Part shown: positions 20,038-29,529 of the stretch, piece by piece
Position numbering within the stretch: the first letter of the stretch is position 1
Layout: the number at the start of each line of letters is the position of its first letter
Source of the DNA: a phage
Direction: 5' to 3' (one strand)
DNA: 53,024 nucleotides
Sequence record: PZ386956.1
Translations under genes and position numbers: made by a program
The notes under the pieces: model-generated
Database searches by the model: none
Told to the model about the DNA's origin: nothing
Seen by the model: the letters and a program-made list of their open reading frames with translations, nothing else

Positions 20038-20409
20038 ATGCGAACAAGACGACTCGATTCAAACTGGGACTGGAATTTTGGGCGTGGCCGACTTGACTAC
20101 GCCGATACGTCTGAGTCCATTGAACAACGCATCGTGCAGATACTCCGCTGCTATACTATGGACTGGGTACATGACCTGGACTATGGCATTGACTGGTTCG
20201 GACTAATGGAGAAGCCTGTTCGATGGGCTGACCTTGAGGCTGCAATCAAGACAGCAATACTTGCGGAGTATGGAGTTAGTTCTATCGAGAGCTTTACCCT
20301 AAGCTTCGACCCTGACTCACGTCACGCTGTTTATTCGGTTGAGGTTAATGATATTTATCACAACACAACCTCTATTAACAGAAGTATTAATTTAACCGGA
20401 GAAAACTGA
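20038..20409 (+). CDS. baseplate wedge protein (GPW/gp25-like)
   Basis: 123 aa, size and position typical of GPW/gp25 family between spike and J-like genes. Confidence 0.5.
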   Translation: MRTRRLDSNWDWNFGRGRLDYADTSESIEQRIVQILRCYTMDWVHDLDYGIDWFGLMEKPVRWADLEAAIKTAILAEYGVSSIESFTLSFDPDSRHAVYSVEVNDIYHNTTSINRSINLTGEN

Positions 20410-21581
20410 TGGGCTCTGTAACTAGCACAGGCTATGTTCCCGTCAAGCTCGACGACTGGATCAGCAGATTCGAAACGCTCTTCCGTCGTGTGTATGGCGC
20501 GGATATTGATTTGTCAGCTAAGTCTGCTGACGGACAAATGGTTGGTATTCTGGCGCAGATGTTTGCAGACCAGGACGAGCAAGTTGCAATTCTGTTTTCT
20601 ATGCTTGACCCTAACCAGGCATCTGGTGTATACGTAGACCAGTTCCTTGCCTACGTAGCGCTTCAGCGTAAAGGCGAGATGTCAACGCTGTTGACCAGGG
20701 TTAAGATCGAAGGTGACCGTAACACTATTATACGTACTCCTTACTATGTAACTGATAGCTCGAATAACGTGTACCAGCTTAACTCCACTGTTGCGCTGGA
20801 TGATAACGGTGTAGTCGAAACAAGCTTCAGTTCTGTTAAGACTGGCCGCTTTGTCGTACTCGCAAACGATGAGCTTAAACCACAGACCATCGTTTCTGGT
20901 GTGCGTAAAGTTACCAACATGCAAGTGTCGTCTGGCGGTGCGTCCACTGAGCTCGACTCTGAGGCAATAGACCGTGCGTATAGCTCTTACGGCAAACCTG
21001 GCACGAACAGCTTAGACGGTATTGTTGCTGAGATTCGTCAGATGACTGATGTTATCGCGTGTAACGGTTACGAGAACGAAGAAGATACTCGGGACCCATT
21101 AACTGGCTTACCTCCTCACAGTATGCAGATTGTTGTGGATGGTGGTTCGCCTGCGGCTATTGCTGACTGTATCTTCCGTCGTAAGACTAATGGCTGTAAG
21201 CAGATTGGCACTGTGTCTTATCAGATTACGGATAAGTCAGGTACACAGCGCACAATGAAATGGAGTCAGCCTACTTATGTTGAGGCTTATGCTTCACTTG
21301 TTGTAGCCCGTAAGGAACTGTTTACCGACGTTTCCGAGGAACTTATTAAGAATGCTATTCTGTCCAAGGTATACAATATCGGTGAAGAGGTATCAACCTA
21401 TGAACTGGGCCAGCTGATTCAAGAAGCGAATGGCGTAAGCCCTAACTTCTACATCAAGACTTTCTTTGTGGGTAAATCAGCTAATCCGTCGACAGATACG
21501 ATTCTGCGTATCACTGCTCTTGAGCGTGCAATATTCACTGCAGACCGTATCACTATTGCAGTGGTGAATGCTGATGGCTGA
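20409..21581 (+). CDS. baseplate J-like protein
   Basis: 390 aa, ATGA overlap with upstream gene, position before gpI-like and fibre genes. Confidence 0.55.
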   Translation: MGSVTSTGYVPVKLDDWISRFETLFRRVYGADIDLSAKSADGQMVGILAQMFADQDEQVAILFSMLDPNQASGVYVDQFLAYVALQRKGEMSTLLTRVKIEGDRNTIIRTPYYVTDSSNNVYQLNSTVALDDNGVVETSFSSVKTGRFVVLANDELKPQTIVSGVRKVTNMQVSSGGASTELDSEAIDRAYSSYGKPGTNSLDGIVAEIRQMTDVIACNGYENEEDTRDPLTGLPPHSMQIVVDGGSPAAIADCIFRRKTNGCKQIGTVSYQITDKSGTQRTMKWSQPTYVEAYASLVVARKELFTDVSEELIKNAILSKVYNIGEEVSTYELGQLIQEANGVSPNFYIKTFFVGKSANPSTDTILRITALERAIFTADRITIAVVNADG

Positions 21582-22227
21582 ATATCATAAACTACTTATT
21601 CAACAGTACGCTGATAAGCCAAAAGCTGTTGCAACTATTAAGGGCTTCGATGATGCAATTCAGGGTATCTGGGACGGAGCCCAACAAGTTGTTGATAGCC
21701 TTAATATCGATAAAGCTTTTGGTAAAGGTCTTGATAATGTTGCAGCCCGCGTTGGTGCATCTCGTGTTCTTAAAAAAGGCGTAGACCGTAAGTTCTTCGG
21801 CTTTACCAACAAAGTACCAGACGTGCTTGGTTTCGGCGGTTCGTCTGGTAATAAAGGTGGCCCGTTCTATCGCTACGGTGCATCAGTATGGGACCCGGTA
21901 ATTCTTGACGACATTGACCTGCGTACTTACATCAAGATGAAAATCTGGAAGAACATGCAAGACGGTACTATGCCGTATCTAATTGACTTCCTGATTGAAT
22001 TCTTCGGAATGAATAACTTCGTTATAACTGACAACGAAGATATGACAATGACTCTGGAGATATACAGTACTCTGACACCACTTAAGCAAGTGCTGATTCA
22101 GAACTACGATATACTTCCGCGCCCCACAGGGGTGAAGATTGAACTTAACACGAGCGTTGACGTCACGGATAGTCTGTACCGTTACGCTACTGTAAACTTA
22201 CCAGCACAGGTGAATGTATATGGCTGA
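21568..22227 (+). CDS. baseplate/tail protein (P2 gpI-like)
   Basis: 219 aa, overlaps J-like gene end, precedes tail fibre gene. Confidence 0.5.
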   Translation: MLMAEYHKLLIQQYADKPKAVATIKGFDDAIQGIWDGAQQVVDSLNIDKAFGKGLDNVAARVGASRVLKKGVDRKFFGFTNKVPDVLGFGGSSGNKGGPFYRYGASVWDPVILDDIDLRTYIKMKIWKNMQDGTMPYLIDFLIEFFGMNNFVITDNEDMTMTLEIYSTLTPLKQVLIQNYDILPRPTGVKIELNTSVDVTDSLYRYATVNLPAQVNVYG

Positions 22228-23554
22228 TGTACAAACAAGACCCGATAACGACATCTTCGCCAGCTCCGCGGGTACTGGTGAACTGCTGCCGTTCGGTGAC
22301 CTTGCTCGTGGCTGGGGTGCAACCCTTGGCTACTCTGAAGGTATTCCTCCGATGGAGTGGTTTAACTTTATCGGTAACCGTACTGACAAAGGTATCCACT
22401 ACATCCTTCAGCAGGGTGTTGATATATGGGTAGAAACTGAGACCTACCCGGTTGGTGCACTGGTTAAAGTTAACGCCGACAATATGCTGTACCGTTGTCT
22501 GGTGCAGAACATTAATATGCCACCGTCTGCTAACCCTACGCAGTGGCGCCCTGTACTCGACCTGACTGCGGCAACTGCGGCAGCACGACAGGTTGGTAAG
22601 GCCTCTGGTAACGTAATCCAGGTCGGTGCATTTGGGTTAGGTGGCAACGCTGAGGTAGTTACTAATGCTAACAGCATTGTAAACGACGGTATCTACCAGC
22701 TTCCAGCGTCAGGTACGGGCGGACCTACTAACGGCGTTGAGACTGAGATTCTGCATATCAACTGGGATGAGAAAAACGCTTCACAGTGGGGACGCACCAA
22801 GGGTAAGCGCGTAATAGCCATGCGTGAGAAGGTTAACAATACCTGGGGCGGATGGTCATACTCTTACGGGCCGGATAATAAACCTACGGCGTCTGAGCTG
22901 GGCATTAACCAGGACTTCATCCCTATGGATGGTTCTGACTCAATCCGCGGCAACTTAGGTACTGTAGGCTGGTTACATATTGCACGTACTACTTCCGACT
23001 TGCTACGTGCTGCTAACTCCGCCGGTGTAGGTACTGTTGAGTATTCTGGTAACATCGCAGGCGGTACTGCTGTTCAGGAGTTGCTGACTTCAGTTTCTGT
23101 CGCGGCTAACAGTAATGTTGTCACTGCTGCTCGCTGGGGATCTGTGCCTATGTCGCACATCCAGCACATCCTTGTGGCTGGTGGTGCTACACAGATTAAC
23201 ATGGCAGTATGTCGCCCTGGTGGTATTGCCGACCGCCGTACAGTAGCTTTGCAGGTGGATGGTCTTAATAACCGAGTAACTACCACAAATAGCTTTATTT
23301 TATGCGAGAATGGTGTTAGAGTATATTCACCTAACAACCCGCAGCCTATCGATACTTCAGCCGGTAACGTTCGGGGTATTCGACTCGGCGCTCGTATTGC
23401 TGCTGGTGTATCCGAGTCAACGTTCTACCCTGGGCATGTAATGACTGGCTGGCGCTTCGGCAATAAGAAAGAGCTGCGCGGTGGTTCATACTGGTCAGCG
23501 CCGTTACAGTATTACATCAACGGCACTTGGATTAACGTAAGCAACGTATCGTAA
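22214..23554 (+). CDS. tail fibre protein
   Basis: 446 aa, Gly/Asn/Thr/Ser-rich with beta-rich C-terminus, directly followed by two Tfa-type chaperone genes. Confidence 0.6.
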   Translation: MYMADVQTRPDNDIFASSAGTGELLPFGDLARGWGATLGYSEGIPPMEWFNFIGNRTDKGIHYILQQGVDIWVETETYPVGALVKVNADNMLYRCLVQNINMPPSANPTQWRPVLDLTAATAAARQVGKASGNVIQVGAFGLGGNAEVVTNANSIVNDGIYQLPASGTGGPTNGVETEILHINWDEKNASQWGRTKGKRVIAMREKVNNTWGGWSYSYGPDNKPTASELGINQDFIPMDGSDSIRGNLGTVGWLHIARTTSDLLRAANSAGVGTVEYSGNIAGGTAVQELLTSVSVAANSNVVTAARWGSVPMSHIQHILVAGGATQINMAVCRPGGIADRRTVALQVDGLNNRVTTTNSFILCENGVRVYSPNNPQPIDTSAGNVRGIRLGARIAAGVSESTFYPGHVMTGWRFGNKKELRGGSYWSAPLQYYINGTWINVSNVS

Positions 23555-23563
23555 AGGTTTATT

Positions 23564-24106
23564 ATGACTAAGCATAAGGTGTTCCGTAACTTTACCATGT
23601 ACCATCCTGAGGTAACAGAAGAGAACGAGAACATTGTAAATGCTGGTGCAATCTTCCTCAAGGACGAGGAAGGTCGCGACTGGTACAATCTCGCAAAAGA
23701 GTTCGCTGTCAAATACGAAGGCGCAACGTTCTTGCAGGTAGATAAGAACGGAGTTGTAATTGCTGCACATACCGACCCAACTATGTTCCATCCTGTGGGT
23801 TGCGATATGGTTGTAACGTACGACCCGCCCTTCAACATCTTCGAGACGGTTGGCGAATGGCTGTTTGACGGTAAAGAGTTTACGCTTAACGCACCAATGA
23901 TGAAGGAGATTGCTCGTGAGCGTAAAGAACAAGCTCTGTCCATCGCTTCGACCAAGGTCAGTGTTTTACGCGACACAGTTGATAGTGGCAATGCTACCGA
24001 TGAAGAAAAAGAGCTATTTGCTAAATGGCGTGATTACAGGATTGCTGTCAATCGTCTTGACATTAACCTTGGTTCCGCTATGGTTGTTCCACCTATGCCG
24101 GAGTAA
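23564..24106 (+). CDS. tail fibre assembly chaperone (Tfa)
   Basis: 180 aa; C-terminal region typical of Tfa proteins (W.DYRIAVNRLDIN...PPMPE); paralogous to next gene. Confidence 0.6.
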   Translation: MTKHKVFRNFTMYHPEVTEENENIVNAGAIFLKDEEGRDWYNLAKEFAVKYEGATFLQVDKNGVVIAAHTDPTMFHPVGCDMVVTYDPPFNIFETVGEWLFDGKEFTLNAPMMKEIARERKEQALSIASTKVSVLRDTVDSGNATDEEKELFAKWRDYRIAVNRLDINLGSAMVVPPMPE

Positions 24107-24109
24107 ACC

Positions 24110-24613
24110 ATGCAACTGTCATTTTTCAACTTTACAGAATACAACCCACAAAGGACAGCGGAGACACTTCCGCTGATTAAGCAAGGCGTTGTATTCATCA
24201 AGGATAACAATGGTAATGACTGGCGCAAGCTGGCTAAAGAGCTGGCTAAGAATAAAGAGCTGGTTCATTACATTGTTGTGGACAAGTACAATGCTGTTGC
24301 CGCGTATGCTAACGATCCTACGCTACTGTTTCCTGTTAATTGCGATTTGCATATTGTTGAGTCTGCCCCTGTTGCTAAGTTTGCGGATTGCTATTACGAA
24401 TGGTCGTACGTTAATGGCAAGTTTGTTAAGCACTCTGAACTGCAGAAGGTGATTGCAGAAGAACGCCTGCAGGAAGAACAGGCTTGGGTTGAAGGACAAC
24501 TCGACACTGAAGAAGATGAGGAACGTATTATCGCTCTCCATAAATTCCGTGCCGATTTGTTGCTGCTTGTTATGTCAGATGCGCCGCATATCGACTGGCC
24601 TGTACGACCGTAA
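24110..24613 (+). CDS. tail fibre assembly chaperone (Tfa) paralogue
   Basis: 167 aa; shares block G.(I/V)F(L/I)KD..G.DW..LAKE...V...ND.T..FPV.CD with upstream gene; ends ...DWPVRP. Confidence 0.6.
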   Translation: MQLSFFNFTEYNPQRTAETLPLIKQGVVFIKDNNGNDWRKLAKELAKNKELVHYIVVDKYNAVAAYANDPTLLFPVNCDLHIVESAPVAKFADCYYEWSYVNGKFVKHSELQKVIAEERLQEEQAWVEGQLDTEEDEERIIALHKFRADLLLLVMSDAPHIDWPVRP

Positions 24614-24715
24614 CTAATTGCTACCAGCAAGCTTGTGCAGTTGCTGGTAGTGTTTCTTTTACGCTTGAGTCGTGCTATAATCCACTCTGGGTATACAATA
24701 AACCGGAGATATGGG

Positions 24716-24976
24716 ATGTTTGACTACAACGACAAGTCTTCCCTTATTGGACAGTTTGTGGCTTGGGTAACAATAACAGTAAGTACTTTATCACTAAGTG
24801 ATTGGGGTACTCTTATCGGTATACTCAGTTCCTTGGTGATGCTGATTGTTGTTACGTATAACCAAACACGGCGAACCAAAATTATGTCGGATTATTACAA
24901 TCGTAAGAAGCCGATAGAGGATGAAGTCGCATCGAAAGAAGAGGTGTTGCGTGAGTCTGAAATCAGCAGCGACTAA
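24716..24976 (+). CDS. holin (putative)
   Basis: Start at ATG 24716 (GGAGA RBS); ~86 aa with two hydrophobic helices and charged C-terminus; immediately upstream of endolysin. Confidence 0.5.
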   Translation: MFDYNDKSSLIGQFVAWVTITVSTLSLSDWGTLIGILSSLVMLIVVTYNQTRRTKIMSDYYNRKKPIEDEVASKEEVLRESEISSD

Positions 24977-25496
24977 AGGAGGTTGCAGCGTGCTGGCTAT
25001 CATCGGGCTTGTATTGTCGATGACGAGTACACATGTCCGTACTAATAAAGAAGGTCTTGAAATAATCGGTAATGCAGAAGGTTGTATGCGCAACCCGTAT
25101 GTATGTCCTACTGGTTACTTAACAGTTGGCATTGGTAGCCGCATCTACAGCGATGAGCCCGCTGTACGGCGCGAAGGCCTGACAGACCAGGAGATTGCTG
25201 ACCGCTGGGTCAAGAATATTCAAGAGGCCGAAAAGTGTGTTAACGACTGGTTTCACGGTAAAGACATGAACACCAACCAGTTCAGCGCCATGACCTCTAT
25301 GGTATTTAACCATGGTTGCACTAGACTCCGTAAGAACAAGGATGGTTCACCTACCAAAATATATACTGCTGCTCGTAAACAAAACTGGACTGAAATGTGT
25401 AACCGCATAACGGACTGGGATATGGGTGGTAAGTACAGGGGCTTGACAATACGTAAGCAAAAGGAAAAAGCGCTATGTCTAAAACCGGTGCAATAA
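24951..25496 (+). CDS. SAR endolysin (GH24 lysozyme)
   Basis: Strong match by eye to P1 Lyz-type SAR endolysins: Gly/Ala-rich Cys-containing signal-anchor (GGCSVLAIIGLVLS), then VRTNKEGLEIIGNAEGC, GKDM..NQFSAMTSMVFN.GC, RGLTIRKQKEKALC. Start GTG 24951 preferred; 24921 or 24990 possible. Confidence 0.85.
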   Translation: MSLKSAATKGGCSVLAIIGLVLSMTSTHVRTNKEGLEIIGNAEGCMRNPYVCPTGYLTVGIGSRIYSDEPAVRREGLTDQEIADRWVKNIQEAEKCVNDWFHGKDMNTNQFSAMTSMVFNHGCTRLRKNKDGSPTKIYTAARKQNWTEMCNRITDWDMGGKYRGLTIRKQKEKALCLKPVQ

Positions 25497-25804
25497 TTGC
25501 AGTTATTCTCGGCCTCGCCATTGTGTTCCTGTCTTTGTGGGTACGTGAGCTGAAAGGCGATATTACCGACCGCGACGGTATAATCAAACAGCTTAACAAG
25601 ACTAATGGCGAGTTGTCTGCTGCTAATCAAACGCTGATTAATTCTGTAAAGGATGAACGTGAGGCCTCAGCCAAACGCGCCAGTAAGATAGCTGAACTTG
25701 AACAACAACTGCGTGATAAGAAGGGTAAATATGACGAAGCGACAAAATATGATTCGTGCGCTAATACCGTTGCTCCTTCTGCCGTTCTTGAACTCATGCG
25801 CTGA
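25475..25804 (+). CDS. i-spanin (Rz-like)
   Basis: 109 aa; N-terminal TM helix (GAIIAVILGLAIVFLSLWV) then charged coiled-coil periplasmic domain; overlaps endolysin stop. Confidence 0.6.
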   Translation: MSKTGAIIAVILGLAIVFLSLWVRELKGDITDRDGIIKQLNKTNGELSAANQTLINSVKDEREASAKRASKIAELEQQLRDKKGKYDEATKYDSCANTVAPSAVLELMR

Positions 25805-26006
25805 TAAGCCTGAAGTTGTTTATGTTGATAGGGTAGTCAAGGTTTATCCGCCTGGTGCGTACCTGGTTAAATGCCATAAGCCTGAATTAACAGGTAATAC
25901 CTGGAAGGCAATAGGTCAGTTAGCTATTGAACGTGGAACAGCTCTTGATGATTGTGCAGACAAGATGGACAGCATAATTAACTGGAGTAACAAAGGGGCC
26001 GAGTGA
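25731..26006 (+). CDS. o-spanin lipoprotein (Rz1-like)
   Basis: Starts inside the i-spanin gene in another frame and extends 200 nt past it; signal with lipobox-like LNSC (MTKRQNMIRALIPLLLLPFLNSC), Pro-containing mature part. Confidence 0.55.
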   Translation: MTKRQNMIRALIPLLLLPFLNSCADKPEVVYVDRVVKVYPPGAYLVKCHKPELTGNTWKAIGQLAIERGTALDDCADKMDSIINWSNKGAE

Positions 26007-26021
26007 TGGCCCCTTTATCTA

Positions 26022-26246
26022 TTAGCGTTTTCCTTTCAGCTCGTTATACTGCGCACATGCAGCACACAGCACTGTACCGGGTAAAAGCTGACGTCGTTTT
26101 TCTTCAATGTCTTCCCCACACTGGTAGCACGTCAGCGGGCTTACTCCGGTGTATCTTACTCGGTTCGATAGTGCTGCGTCCCGGGCAACTTGTTCAGCTT
26201 CAGAAGCCATATCAGTAATGTCCGATGTGCGCATAGTCTCAATCAT
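26022..26246 (-). CDS. TraR/DksA-family C4 zinc-finger protein
   Basis: 74 aa with CxxC...(17)...CxxC (CYQCGEDIEEKRRQLLPGTVLCAAC). Confidence 0.65.
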   Translation of the reverse strand: MIETMRTSDITDMASEAEQVARDAALSNRVRYTGVSPLTCYQCGEDIEEKRRQLLPGTVLCAACAQYNELKGKR

Positions 26247-26521
26247 TATTTTCCCTCTTCTTCACAATACAGGGTTTCTAATTCATCGCATAGCTGTTGC
26301 GTCCAGTAATCATCCTCGCCACGTATCTGGAAGCACAGCACAGGAATATCCTGTCGTAAAATATCGCTCTTGTAAATCTTTTTGGCAACAGCTTCTGGTT
26401 CTTCCTGGAATATCTTCATAAACCAGTCCAGGCCTGACGTGCAGCCTGAGGCGTCTAGTATCTCCTTTGCCCTTAACTTAAGCGTTTCATCTGCCTCATA
26501 CTCTAAACCTATCTTAGACAT
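26246..26521 (-). CDS. hypothetical protein
   Basis: 91-aa ORF coupled between polymerase and TraR-like genes. Confidence 0.5.
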   Translation of the reverse strand: MSKIGLEYEADETLKLRAKEILDASGCTSGLDWFMKIFQEEPEAVAKKIYKSDILRQDIPVLCFQIRGEDDYWTQQLCDELETLYCEEEGK

Positions 26522-26536
26522 ATTATAGACCTTTAA

Positions 26537-28504
26537 TTAGTGCGCCTCTGCCCAGTTACTTTCTATCTTAGCATCAGTAAGAACAGGCACACGAAGCGGT
26601 AGCACAGTTTCCATGACCCGTACGAAATCGTAGAATCCATCTTCTGCTTGCTTACCAGTTGGTAGAGAGAAGTTAAGCTCATCGTGTACCGTCAGGCGAG
26701 GCACGCCAATCACGTCGAAGTAACCGTCTTCATACCCTTTCAGCATTGCAGACTTCATCTGGTCTGCTGACGACCCTTGCAGCACTCGGTTGATTGCTTT
26801 GTGGGTGTCTGCCAGTTTAATGTTAGGACCGTACTCCTGACGTGCTTCTTCAAATGGCAAAGGCATCTTACCGAATCCACCACGTTTTGGGACCCATTTG
26901 TTGAACCACGTTTTCCGGCCCATAAAGGTTTCTACATACCCCTGGCTATAACATAAATCTTCATAATGCTTCATGGTAGCACCAATGAATGGTGCACCCT
27001 GATGGTACGCCTTCAGAACAGGTTCTGCTTCTTCAGGCGTCATTGCTAACTTACGGGCAAGAGCATTAAGCATCATGCCGTACAACAAACCAAAGTTGAT
27101 GGTCTTAGCCGGTTTACGCTCTATAACGTGACCTGAGGCTTCCTTGATAATATCGACCATAACATTGTGGTAATCTGCTTCCGGGTTAGCCGCGAAAATT
27201 GCTCGTAACTCATCAGCGCCCGGGCCGACTGCAAAATGCGCCATGAATCGATATTCAATTTGGGCGTAGTCTGCTGATCCCCATCGGTGTCCGACATCCG
27301 GTACGAAACAAGCACGAAGGAGTGGTCCCAGTATTTTGTGTCGAGACGGTATATTCTGCAGATTAGGGTCAGATGAGCTAAACCGACCACTAACGGTTCC
27401 ACCGTCATCACCGCGCATTTGATGGAATTGACCGTGAAGGAAGCCATTTGTATTCATCCCCAATATATAGCCACGAATAAACGTGGACTGGATTTTCTCA
27501 TAAGACTTAATCTCAGACACCAGTTCCGCAAACGGATGGTGCAAGCCTGCTAAGAAGTCCGCTGTAAACGACGGATTACCCGCCGCTGTTTTGAAGTACT
27601 CCAGACCTAAATGGTCAAATGCAAGTGCTAAATCAGGACCGGAGTTAACGTTAATGTTAAAGCCAATCTGGTCTTTAATCTGCTGGTGCATTTTCCTTAT
27701 TTCAGCGCTAAGCGTATCATCCGCCTCTTTGGCCTTGTCAAGGTCAACACGCACACCTGCAAAACGCATCTTAAGCATTAATGGAATGAGCTTGCACTCC
27801 ATATAGAATACGTCTGTTAAACACCAGCGACTTAACAATGGCCACTGGGCTTTGATAATGTGTATTGGTAAGTCGGCGTCAGATTCAGCATAGTAACCCA
27901 CAAGACGAGGAGGTGTTTTGTAGATGTACTTTCTGGCTTCACCTGTTGGCTTACAGCCATAAGCGTCTGAAATCCATTGGTACATCTCGGCTGAGTCTTT
28001 ACCTTCGCCTACATACTTTCGTCCAAGTCCTTCAAGTGCAACACGCGCGCCTGGGTCAAGTAATGCTTCCGCGAATTGTACATCCATGCACAATCCTTTA
28101 ACTTCCACACCTTCTGCTGCAAGCCAGCCCAAGTCATATGTGATGTTAGCACCGACTTTAACTTGGTTAGGTCGCGAGAGTTCGAGCCGAAGCCAACCAA
28201 GTACTTCCTCAGCTGGAAGGTTATCCTCTTCGCCGAGCTCGTGTCTGATTGGGTAGTAAGCTTTGAAGCCGTTGTCCGTAGCGATACTAACTCCAACTAT
28301 ATGACCCTCCCTCCTGGCCCAACCACTACCATTTGTATCCATCCCTGGGTCGTATGTTTCACAGTCAAGACCGATAATCTTTGCAGAAGACAAGTCCGGG
28401 TAATGCGCGCGCGGCCGCCATCCAGTATCCCTGACGTATGGTATAGGACGGTTGATAGGTTTAACATTCTTTGCACCTTCGAAGCTATCGAATAAAAAGC
28501 TCAT
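26537..28504 (-). CDS. DNA polymerase, family A (with 3'-5' exonuclease domain)
   Basis: 655 aa; exo motif GLDCETYD; Pol A motif A DYAQIEYRF, motif B RKPAKTINFGLLYGM, motif C VHDEL. Confidence 0.9.
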   Translation of the reverse strand: MSFLFDSFEGAKNVKPINRPIPYVRDTGWRPRAHYPDLSSAKIIGLDCETYDPGMDTNGSGWARREGHIVGVSIATDNGFKAYYPIRHELGEEDNLPAEEVLGWLRLELSRPNQVKVGANITYDLGWLAAEGVEVKGLCMDVQFAEALLDPGARVALEGLGRKYVGEGKDSAEMYQWISDAYGCKPTGEARKYIYKTPPRLVGYYAESDADLPIHIIKAQWPLLSRWCLTDVFYMECKLIPLMLKMRFAGVRVDLDKAKEADDTLSAEIRKMHQQIKDQIGFNINVNSGPDLALAFDHLGLEYFKTAAGNPSFTADFLAGLHHPFAELVSEIKSYEKIQSTFIRGYILGMNTNGFLHGQFHQMRGDDGGTVSGRFSSSDPNLQNIPSRHKILGPLLRACFVPDVGHRWGSADYAQIEYRFMAHFAVGPGADELRAIFAANPEADYHNVMVDIIKEASGHVIERKPAKTINFGLLYGMMLNALARKLAMTPEEAEPVLKAYHQGAPFIGATMKHYEDLCYSQGYVETFMGRKTWFNKWVPKRGGFGKMPLPFEEARQEYGPNIKLADTHKAINRVLQGSSADQMKSAMLKGYEDGYFDVIGVPRLTVHDELNFSLPTGKQAEDGFYDFVRVMETVLPLRVPVLTDAKIESNWAEAH

Positions 28505-29499
28505 CAGTCCCCTCTCACATACGCAATTACAACTGTACGAGTTGAGTTTTCCATTTTGAGCGCCTGACTACCCAGTCCTATTCTTTCCATGCCTTTAGCC
28601 AGTTTACTCATCTGACTAATAACACAGTTGAACGGTTTACTAAACTTAGTCGACTGGAACTTAATGTCGACGGACATCTTTGGAATAATCTTATCTGGTA
28701 AGTCTGCCTTTGCAGTTGACTCGCCTGTTATCTCCAGAATAGCCTGACCTTCGTCGTACCCAGTAAGCTGGTCCATGACTTCCAGGAACTCAGGAGTGAT
28801 GGCCTGCATATCCATTTCCATATTGAAGAACTTCGATACGTCTGGCCATTTGGCTGCTAGTACCGGAGCATCCATCTGTACACCATCCGCAAAGCCGAAG
28901 AACATCTGGCCGCGGGCGTAACCTACACTTGTGGGTTCCATCTTCAGCTTAACCAGAGCCTCAAGCATTGGTTTGGCTATGGCACATTCAAATTCAAAAT
29001 CTACATTCAACTTCTCGCGTATCATATACTTACCGTTAGTTGCGTAAGCATAACCATCGCGCAGAAGTAAAGATGTTGCCCATATCTGCGGTGCTTCGTT
29101 AGGTACCCATTTGGCTAAGGCAGTTAATACCGGGAGTAATTCGCCATGCGCTGAATACCAGTTGTTAACTGTAGCAAGTGGTGGTATTGGTTCATTAAGC
29201 GCTTGCATTCTTGTTTTAAGTACACCTGCTGTGACTGTGAGGTTTCCAGCGGCTGTAATGTTAAAAGTAATCTGTTCAGTTCTTGCCGCATTAACGGCCT
29301 TACGAAATGATTCAGCATCCACTTGCAGGTCTGGGAATCCTTTACATGGCGCTCGTAGTAATACGTTCTTGTAGTACGAATGGATTGTTCCGTCTGCAAT
29401 CCATATTTTGCCCATAAGACCACTATCAGTATACTTGATGGGACGAGCTTGTTGAACGGCAATCTGTATTTGTTTGGTGTCATAGTTAAACTTGCTCAT
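28504..29499 (-). CDS. hypothetical protein (replication-operon)
   Basis: 331-aa ORF whose stop overlaps the polymerase start; no motif recognised. Confidence 0.5.
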   Translation of the reverse strand: MSKFNYDTKQIQIAVQQARPIKYTDSGLMGKIWIADGTIHSYYKNVLLRAPCKGFPDLQVDAESFRKAVNAARTEQITFNITAAGNLTVTAGVLKTRMQALNEPIPPLATVNNWYSAHGELLPVLTALAKWVPNEAPQIWATSLLLRDGYAYATNGKYMIREKLNVDFEFECAIAKPMLEALVKLKMEPTSVGYARGQMFFGFADGVQMDAPVLAAKWPDVSKFFNMEMDMQAITPEFLEVMDQLTGYDEGQAILEITGESTAKADLPDKIIPKMSVDIKFQSTKFSKPFNCVISQMSKLAKGMERIGLGSQALKMENSTRTVVIAYVRGD

Positions 29500-29529
29500 A
29501 GTATAACGGGGCCGAAGCCCCGCTCCATC

